This document shows positions 57,564 through 64,000 of a DNA stretch of 64,000 nt, one piece after another; within the stretch, counting starts at the first letter, position 1; every line of letters starts with the position of its first letter. Position numbers and translations under genes: made by a program. Origin of the DNA: Erysipelotrichaceae bacterium (lineage in GTDB: Bacteria; Bacillota_I; Bacilli_A; RFN20; CAG-826). Under the pieces are notes generated by a model. It searched no databases. It was not told where the DNA came from and worked only from the letters and a program-made list of their open reading frames with translations. Where the stretch lies: assembly GCA_015059065.1 (NCBI GenBank), contig SVBE01000001.1:14998-78997 (forward strand), given 5' to 3'.

Positions 57564-59335
57564 TGAGATTAAAGGGCGATCACCATATCCCTACAAGAAC
57601 TCTGGTGAAAAGATTGGTTAAATATGTCTCCAAATATTGGAGCAGATTCCTTTTAGCGTTCATTTTGATCACCGTCAATGTTGCCCTTGATATCATTACC
57701 CCATTGTTCGTCAGGGCGATTACTGATTATTTATCAACAGCGACGATTAATTCCACCGTGCTTTATATCGTTTCATTCTCAGTTGGCTATTTCGTTCTCT
57801 GCTTAGGAAATCAAATCATTTTATATTTAGAAGCGATGCTCCTCCAACGTACAGGACAAGCCATCATCTATGAATTAAGAATGGAAGTGTTCACTCATAT
57901 TGAAAATATGTCGCAGAACCAATTTAATGATATGCCAGTTGGCTCACTAGTCACTCGTGTCGCAAACTATACGACTAATATGTCTGATTTATTTACGACG
58001 ACATTAGTGGCGATGGTAAGGAATATATTCACCATTGTTGGCGTCTATATTATCATGATTACCTTATCGCCATTATTATCACTGATATTATTTGGCTTTG
58101 TGATTGTTGTTTTCATTATTTCTTTCATCTTTAGAAACACAATTTCTAAGAGATTTAGAATTGAAAGAGGATGTTTATCCGACCTCAATACATTCTTAAA
58201 CGAGAATCTTGGTGGAATGAAGATCATTCAAATCTTTAATCAGGAAGAAAGAAAAGTAGAGGAATTTGATGCGAAGAACACGGCTTATTATAAGGCTCGT
58301 ATCAAAGTCATGAAGGCTTTCGCAATTTATCGTCCATCAATTTCATTCTTATATTTTGCTGCAATTGCTGTGACCTTTATGGTTGGTATTCAACCTTGGA
58401 TTGGTTTATCCGCTGGTGGAGTTGTTGCCTTCTATTTATATCTCTCTCGTTTCTTCAATCCAGTTCAGAATTTAGCAGATCAATTAAATAACCTTCAAAG
58501 AGCAAGAACCGCCTCTGAAAGATTGTTCAATTTATTAGAGGTTGAACCAGAGGTGCTCGACGCTCCTGATGCGATCGATATCGATCATTTCGAAGGCAAG
58601 ATTGAATTCCGTGATGTGTGGTTTGCTTATAAACCTAATGAGTGGATATTAAAAGGCATCAATTTTGTCATCGAACCTAAACAATCTATTGCATTTATTG
58701 GAGCAACTGGAAGTGGCAAAACAACAATTCTCTCTTTAATTGTTCGTAATTATGAGATTGCAAAAGGGCAGATTTTAATCGACGATATCGATATTAAAAA
58801 GATCAAGATAAATTCTTTACGTAAAGCGATTGGCCAGATGCTACAAGATGTTTTCTTGTTCTCAGGAACAATCAAAACTAATATTACCCTACATGATGAA
58901 TCGTTTACCCAGGAACAAATCGAGGAAGCATGCGTTTATGTTAACGCGGATAGATTTATCAATAAACTTCCAAATAAACTCGAAGAAGAAGTGATTGAAC
59001 GCGGTGAGAACTTCTCCCAAGGTGAAAGACAGCTCTTATCATTCGCACGTACTGTTTTGCATCAACCACAAATATTAATACTTGATGAAGCCACTGCGAA
59101 TATCGATACCGAAACTGAAGTTTTGATTCAAGAAAGTTTAGAAAAAATGAAATCTATCGGCACAATGCTTATCGTTGCTCATAGATTATCTACTATCCAA
59201 AAATGTGATCAAATATTTGTTCTTAAGGATGGAGTGCTTTTAGAAAGAGGCAACCATCAATCATTACTTTCTCAAAAAGGTGAATACTATAAGTTATATC
59301 AACTACAGTTTGATGAAGATTTACAAAGCAACTAA
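57548..59335 (+). CDS. ABC exporter half-transporter (consensus-site subunit of a heterodimer)
   Basis: 595 aa. GATGSGKTT, a non-canonical signature FSQGERQ, and Walker B ILILDEAT with the catalytic Glu. 16-nt overlap with the partner gene. Confidence 0.9.
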   Translation: MEEELMRLKGDHHIPTRTLVKRLVKYVSKYWSRFLLAFILITVNVALDIITPLFVRAITDYLSTATINSTVLYIVSFSVGYFVLCLGNQIILYLEAMLLQRTGQAIIYELRMEVFTHIENMSQNQFNDMPVGSLVTRVANYTTNMSDLFTTTLVAMVRNIFTIVGVYIIMITLSPLLSLILFGFVIVVFIISFIFRNTISKRFRIERGCLSDLNTFLNENLGGMKIIQIFNQEERKVEEFDAKNTAYYKARIKVMKAFAIYRPSISFLYFAAIAVTFMVGIQPWIGLSAGGVVAFYLYLSRFFNPVQNLADQLNNLQRARTASERLFNLLEVEPEVLDAPDAIDIDHFEGKIEFRDVWFAYKPNEWILKGINFVIEPKQSIAFIGATGSGKTTILSLIVRNYEIAKGQILIDDIDIKKIKINSLRKAIGQMLQDVFLFSGTIKTNITLHDESFTQEQIEEACVYVNADRFINKLPNKLEEEVIERGENFSQGERQLLSFARTVLHQPQILILDEATANIDTETEVLIQESLEKMKSIGTMLIVAHRLSTIQKCDQIFVLKDGVLLERGNHQSLLSQKGEYYKLYQLQFDEDLQSN

Positions 59336-59850
59336 ATTTTATTTTTAATAAAACCCATCATTGCATTCGCCATATCTTCTGGAGTGTCGATATAATTTCT
59401 GTTGCTCCATCGGATGACAACATTAAATAATCCTCCAGAGAAAAATGGGATATCAAATGGATTAAGTATGTTACCCAAATTCATTTTTGACGCTATATAT
59501 GATGAATATTGCTCAAATTGAGCGAGAAGAATCGTATCTCTTTGTGATTTTTTAAGCATATCGATTTCGCGATGATATTTTTTAAGATTGGCGAAGAACA
59601 TAATAAACATATCTTTCACCGTGAGAGTCGGTGAATGTGAGATTTCTTGGAAGAACGCATCAAACGTTTCATCGCAAAAGACGATAAAAATATCTTCCTT
59701 AGTTGAATAGTAACGGTAGAAAGACATGCGTGAAACACCGGCCTTTTCACAAATCTCTTTAATTGATATGTTATCGAAATCCTTTTTCAAAAGAAGTTCA
59801 TAGATTGCTAATTGAATCAGCTTTTTGCTCTTTGCTTTTTTGCTTTTCAT
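59332..59850 (-). CDS. TetR-family transcriptional regulator
   Basis: 172 aa. N-terminal HTH ISIKEICEKAGVSRMSFYRYYSTKEDIF. Confidence 0.85.
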   Translation of the reverse strand: MKSKKAKSKKLIQLAIYELLLKKDFDNISIKEICEKAGVSRMSFYRYYSTKEDIFIVFCDETFDAFFQEISHSPTLTVKDMFIMFFANLKKYHREIDMLKKSQRDTILLAQFEQYSSYIASKMNLGNILNPFDIPFFSGGLFNVVIRWSNRNYIDTPEDMANAMMGFIKNKI

Positions 59851-59935
59851 AATGACATTGTACCAATCTAAACTAACTGTGACAACTGTAACGTACTTAT
59901 AAAACTTATTATTTTAAAAAATATAAGTTATACTT

Positions 59936-60370
59936 ATGAATATGGAAAGAATCAATTGCTGTTGTTCCTATCAATTTAAGGATCAAATTATCGATTATTA
60001 CACTTTATTTGGCTATAACTTTGAGGGGATTAAAAATCTTCATTTTTCGCGTATAAAGTTATCTTTTAGCCGCGAAGATGTTGATAAAAAAGTGAGAGAA
60101 GTTGAAGGGAAATATCGACTTTATCCATTTTTAACTTTTTATCCTGTCGCTATTGCCTGTTTATTAATCCTCGTTCTTGCCACCCTATTTCTCGTTTTTA
60201 CTTTTAAAGGCGGGGGAGATAAACTTATATATTTTTTATCTTTTATGCTTCCAGCGTTTATTTTGCTCCCTCTTATCGCCGTTTATACATACGTTCGTTA
60301 TCATTTTGATAGTAAAAATATACTAATATTATCTTCTTTGAAGGAAATCAAAAAACAATTGGAGGAGTAA
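59936..60370 (+). CDS. small membrane protein, unknown function
   Basis: 144 aa with two central TM segments. Its TAA shares one nucleotide with the cls ATG. Confidence 0.5.
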   Translation: MNMERINCCCSYQFKDQIIDYYTLFGYNFEGIKNLHFSRIKLSFSREDVDKKVREVEGKYRLYPFLTFYPVAIACLLILVLATLFLVFTFKGGGDKLIYFLSFMLPAFILLPLIAVYTYVRYHFDSKNILILSSLKEIKKQLEE

Positions 60371-61992
60371 TGATGGCTAATAAAAACAAAGAAAAAACAA
60401 AAAGAGAAAAAACCCAAAGAATCCAAGAACCAGTTATCACCCCTTTTTATTTAAATAAAAAGTTGGTTGCTGGTATTATCCTATTTCTCGAAGTTGCAAC
60501 CCTTATAACTGGTATCATCCTATTAAGGTATTTCGCGAATGGTAATTATATCTGGATTTATTGGATTATCCGCGCATTATGTTGGCTTGTTCTCATTCCA
60601 ATCGTCAATAGCAGAATGGATGCAGCCTATAAAATCATTTGGCTAGTGGTCATGGTTTTAGTCCCTGTTTTAGGCGCGACATTATACTTATTATTTGCAA
60701 ATAAGAAATTCTCGAAAAAAGAGAAGAAAAGCGTTGGAAATGTTCATAAGGAACTCGATAAATTCATGTCCTATTCCTCTAAAGGTGTTTTAAAGAAAAT
60801 CGACCCTGATAAAGAGCCAAACGCATATAATATTGCGCGTTATATCCATTCTAATGGTCGCACTAACATCTTTGATAACACGGAAACAACATATTATCCA
60901 TGGGGAGAAGATGTCTTCCCTGTGATGCTTGAGAAACTTAGAAACGCCAAACACTATATCTTCATGGAATATTTTATCATTGAACAAGGGCATTTCTGGA
61001 ATTCAATATTAGATATATTGATCGAAAAAGCGAAGGCCGGGCTTGATGTACGAGTGATGTATGATGACCTTGGTTGTATGAATACTTTGCCAAATGATTA
61101 TGATCAGTATTTAGAATCAGTTGGCATTAAATGCTGTGTGTTCGCACCAATTAGACCATTCTTAGACATCAGAATGAATAACCGTGATCACCGTAAAATA
61201 CTCGTCATCGATGGGCACACTGGATTTACAGGTGGCATCAATATCGCTGATGAATATATTAACGAAAAAATACGTTTCGGAAAATGGAAAGATAATGCGA
61301 TTATGTTGCATGGAAACGGCGTGTTCGGTTTGACATCTCTTTTCCTTGAAACTTGGTCGAGATTAAAAAATGAAGAAGTAGTGGATTTCAATCAGTATTT
61401 ATCCACTAAATATCTAGATGAAACCACTTCCTTTAAAAGCGATGGATTCGTTCAAGCATATGGTTCCATTCCTTATACTTTTGAAACGATTGGTTTAAAT
61501 GTCTATCAAGACATCATTTTTAGAGCGAAAAAATATTTATATATTTCTACACCTTATCTCATCCTCAATGATGAAATGATGAACGCGATTAAAATGGCCG
61601 CGAAAAATGGCGTTGATGTAAGGTTATTAACACCTCATATCCCAGATAAGAAAATCGTTTTTGGCATCACAAGAAGCTTCTACCGTCAACTAGTTGAAGC
61701 TGGTGTCCGTATCTATGAATATGTTCCTGGTTTCGTGCATGCCAAAACATTTATCGCTGATGATGAAATGGCGACTGTTGGAACGATTAATTTGGACTAC
61801 CGTTCCTTGTTCCTTCACAGTGAAAATGGTGTATTCCTATATAAGACAAAATCCATAAAAGACATCAAGAAAGATTTCGAGACAACATTCATGGTTTCTA
61901 AAGAATATACTCTTGAAGTAATGGACAAGGAATTCACTCCCGCATATCGTTTTATCGTTGCAATTTTAAGATTGTTTGCTCCGATGCTTTAA
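60370..61992 (+). CDS. cls: cardiolipin synthase (PLD superfamily)
   Basis: 540 aa. N-terminal TMs and two HKD motifs: HRKILVIDGHTGFTGGINIAD and HAKTFIADDEMATVGTINLDYRS. Confidence 0.9.
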   Translation: MMANKNKEKTKREKTQRIQEPVITPFYLNKKLVAGIILFLEVATLITGIILLRYFANGNYIWIYWIIRALCWLVLIPIVNSRMDAAYKIIWLVVMVLVPVLGATLYLLFANKKFSKKEKKSVGNVHKELDKFMSYSSKGVLKKIDPDKEPNAYNIARYIHSNGRTNIFDNTETTYYPWGEDVFPVMLEKLRNAKHYIFMEYFIIEQGHFWNSILDILIEKAKAGLDVRVMYDDLGCMNTLPNDYDQYLESVGIKCCVFAPIRPFLDIRMNNRDHRKILVIDGHTGFTGGINIADEYINEKIRFGKWKDNAIMLHGNGVFGLTSLFLETWSRLKNEEVVDFNQYLSTKYLDETTSFKSDGFVQAYGSIPYTFETIGLNVYQDIIFRAKKYLYISTPYLILNDEMMNAIKMAAKNGVDVRLLTPHIPDKKIVFGITRSFYRQLVEAGVRIYEYVPGFVHAKTFIADDEMATVGTINLDYRSLFLHSENGVFLYKTKSIKDIKKDFETTFMVSKEYTLEVMDKEFTPAYRFIVAILRLFAPML

Positions 61993-62089
61993 ACTTTATT
62001 CTTAAAAATAATCGTTTTGTTTTACAAATCAATTTTTCTTATGTATAGTACATAATGACTTTTTATATTAAATAAAAGGAGGAAGAAAA

Positions 62090-64000
62090 ATGGCTAAGGA
62101 TAATGTGATGCTCAGATTAGTAGATATCGTCAAAGTCTATCAAGCAGGTAATAACAAAGTAAGAGCCGTTGATGGTGTCTCACTTAATTTTCGTAAAAAT
62201 GAATTCGTTTCCATACTTGGTCCATCAGGTAGTGGTAAGACAACGTTATTAAATATTATTGGCGGACTTGATCATTATACTTCAGGTGATTTAATCATTG
62301 CTGGGAAGTCGACCAAACAATATAAAGACAGAGATTGGGATAAATATCGTAACTTGCGCGTTGGTTTCATCTTCCAAAGCTATAATTTAATTCCTCACCA
62401 AAGCGTTCTCGCTAACGTTGAACTCGCTTTAACGATTTCTGGCGTTGGCAAAGAAGAGAGAAAACAAAGAGCGATTGAAGCACTTACTAAAGTTGGCTTA
62501 GGCGACCAAATCAATAAGAAACCTAACCAATTATCGGGTGGGCAATGCCAAAGAGTGGCGATTGCGCGTGCCTTAGTCAATAACCCAGAAATATTATTAG
62601 CAGATGAACCTACAGGTGCCTTAGACACAAAGACCAGCAAGCAAATCATGGATTTAATTGCCGAGATTGCTAAAGATCGTTTGGTCATCATGGTTACTCA
62701 TAACCCAGAATTAGCGGAAGAATATTCTTCCCGTATCATCCGTTTATTAGACGGAAAAATCAGTGATGATTCAAATCCATTAGTTGCTGAAGAAAACTAT
62801 GAAGAGGAAGAAAAAGAGACTAAGGCCAAAATGGGCTTTTTGACAGCGTTGAAGTTATCTTTCAAAAACCTCGTCAGTAAGAGAAAAAGAACAATATTAG
62901 TCGCGATTGCTTCTAGTATTGGCATTATCGGTGTTTCGACAGTTTTATCTGTCTCATATGGCGTTACTAATTATATCAACGGCATGCAAGATGATATGTT
63001 ATCTTCCTATCCTTTGGAGATAAGCGAAGCTTCCGTTGATCTCACCTCACTTATGAGCGGTTTATCTTCTGATGAGAAAAGAGAGTTGGCGCAGTTTGAT
63101 GCAACCACTCAAGTTGGTATGGATTCGATGATCTCTTACTTAATGAGGAGATATTCAGATATCACAAACATTAAGACCAACGATATCAATGAAGACTTAG
63201 TGGCGTATGTCCATGATATGCCAGTAGACACATACGCGACTATTAAAGATGAATACGGCATTGATGTTACAAACAACATCTTCACGAACTGGAAATCATC
63301 AAAACAAGAAGATTATACGAGATATAACATCTCTCTCAATGGTTTAACTCAAAGATATATTTCTGAACTCAAAACGGTTGAAGGCTTCGCTGCTTATGCT
63401 TCTTATGTCGATTTATTCACAAACTTCATGAAACAATATCCAGGCAATGAAGAATATATTCTCAATCAATACGATTTGGTTGGCGAAAATTCCAAATTCG
63501 CGACTGCTGAAAATGAAATCATGATAGTAGTGGATAGCAATACAACTCTCACCGACTTTACCTTAGCTCAGATGGGTTTTTATGAACACGACGAGTTCAT
63601 CAATATCGGTAAGAAAGCTGTTAAATATAATGAACTCACAACGGCATATAATGAAAAACCAACACATACTGCCGAGGAGAAAAAAGCTTATGAAGACAGT
63701 GTTAAACAACTCGATACAGATTATCCATATCGCACAGTTTTTAATGATTATCCTGATTTAATAGGTACGGAATTCTATTATTTCCCACATTCCGCTTTAT
63801 GGGAATACGGCAATGTTTCTACCTCTACCACAATGGAAGGCACATTGTTCCTTTCCAATAATGATGGGTATTTATATTACTTCACTTTATCCACTCAAAA
63901 TTTACTTGGAAATGACTTAGATATCCTCGCTGGAGTGAAGATTGCTCCTGGTCAACCAATCGACTTAAATAATCTTAATTACTTTGTAAGACAAGCTTCT
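62090..64000 (+). CDS. MacB-like fused ABC ATPase/FtsX-type permease, 5' part (continues beyond window)
   Basis: Frame is open from ATG 62090 (SD AAAGGAGG) to the window end, 637 codons. [31 protein letters not shown], then one TM ([19 protein letters not shown]) and more than 370 aa of hydrophilic domain. Confidence 0.85.
   Translation, partial: MAKDNVMLRLVDIVKVYQAGNNKVRAVDGVSLNFRKNEFVSILGPSGSGKTTLLNIIGGLDHYTSGDLIIAGKSTKQYKDRDWDKYRNLRVGFIFQSYNLIPHQSVLANVELALTISGVGKEERKQRAIEALTKVGLGDQINKKPNQLSGGQCQRVAIARALVNNPEILLADEPTGALDTKTSKQIMDLIAEIAKDRLVIMVTHNPELAEEYSSRIIRLLDGKISDDSNPLVAEENYEEEEKETKAKMGFLTALKLSFKNLVSKRKRTILVAIASSIGIIGVSTVLSVSYGVTNYINGMQDDMLSSYPLEISEASVDLTSLMSGLSSDEKRELAQFDATTQVGMDSMISYLMRRYSDITNIKTNDINEDLVAYVHDMPVDTYATIKDEYGIDVTNNIFTNWKSSKQEDYTRYNISLNGLTQRYISELKTVEGFAAYASYVDLFTNFMKQYPGNEEYILNQYDLVGENSKFATAENEIMIVVDSNTTLTDFTLAQMGFYEHDEFINIGKKAVKYNELTTAYNEKPTHTAEEKKAYEDSVKQLDTDYPYRTVFNDYPDLIGTEFYYFPHSALWEYGNVSTSTTMEGTLFLSNNDGYLYYFTLSTQNLLGNDLDILAGVKIAPGQPIDLNNLNYFVRQAS

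Noticed and set aside
62395-62691. 98-aa minus-strand ORF
   Set aside because: It lies antisense within the ATPase domain of the MacB-like gene, whose frame is open from 62090 to the window end but is missing from the ORF track because it is truncated.

Overview
Low-GC bacterial chromosome segment that uses the standard genetic code: TGA is a stop (for example at the ends of glpK and pfp) and Trp is TGG. Gene content and order look Firmicutes/Mollicutes-like (Erysipelotrichia, Acholeplasma-type or a related reduced lineage). The Ser/Thr kinase has no TM or PASTA region and the priA-to-rpmB cluster is trimmed. About 90% of the window is tightly packed core genes. These are glpK; a ThrRS-like/uridine kinase fusion; a PPi-type phosphofructokinase; a complete F1Fo ATP synthase operon (atpI-like, B, E, F, H, A, G, D, C) whose c subunit carries a Na+-type two-carboxylate signature; and ppa, trmL, rqcH, gmk, priA. 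They continue with a catalytically dead RsmB-like gene, rlmN, prpC, prkC, rsgA, rpe, rpmB, folD, dCMP deaminase, glgCDA, leuS, coaX, pepV, trmB, a NAPRTase-family gene, tyrS, two CNNM/TlyC paralogs, a second gmk and eno. The right end holds a heterodimeric ABC exporter, a TetR regulator, cardiolipin synthase and a MacB-like ABC protein that runs off the window. Two regions stand out. (1) A ~6.2 kb accessory module (43980-50206) lies between eno and hypB. It is bracketed by a 50-bp inverted repeat (41/50 identical) that sits directly at the 5' ends of two convergent transcription units. One unit is an eight-gene translationally coupled Tad/archaeal-type pilus-like operon: small regulator-like protein, putative lipoprotein, CpaF/TadA-family ATPase, two TadB/C-like platform proteins, two small TM proteins and a 61-aa pilin-like protein with a KG/Q class-III-like signal. 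It has no prepilin peptidase and is followed by acpP, tRNA-Asn and tRNA-Glu. The other unit is a lone PD-(D/E)XK restriction-endonuclease-like gene. Between the two units lies an inverted, internally deleted pseudo-copy of the tRNA-Glu/tRNA-Asn pair. (2) A hypB / hypB - 964-aa Fe-S flavoprotein - hypA cluster, with overlapping or near-abutting junctions and no recognisable Ni enzyme in the window. No CRISPR array, rRNA, transposase or integrase was seen. All calls come from reading the translations and the DNA by eye, with no database search.
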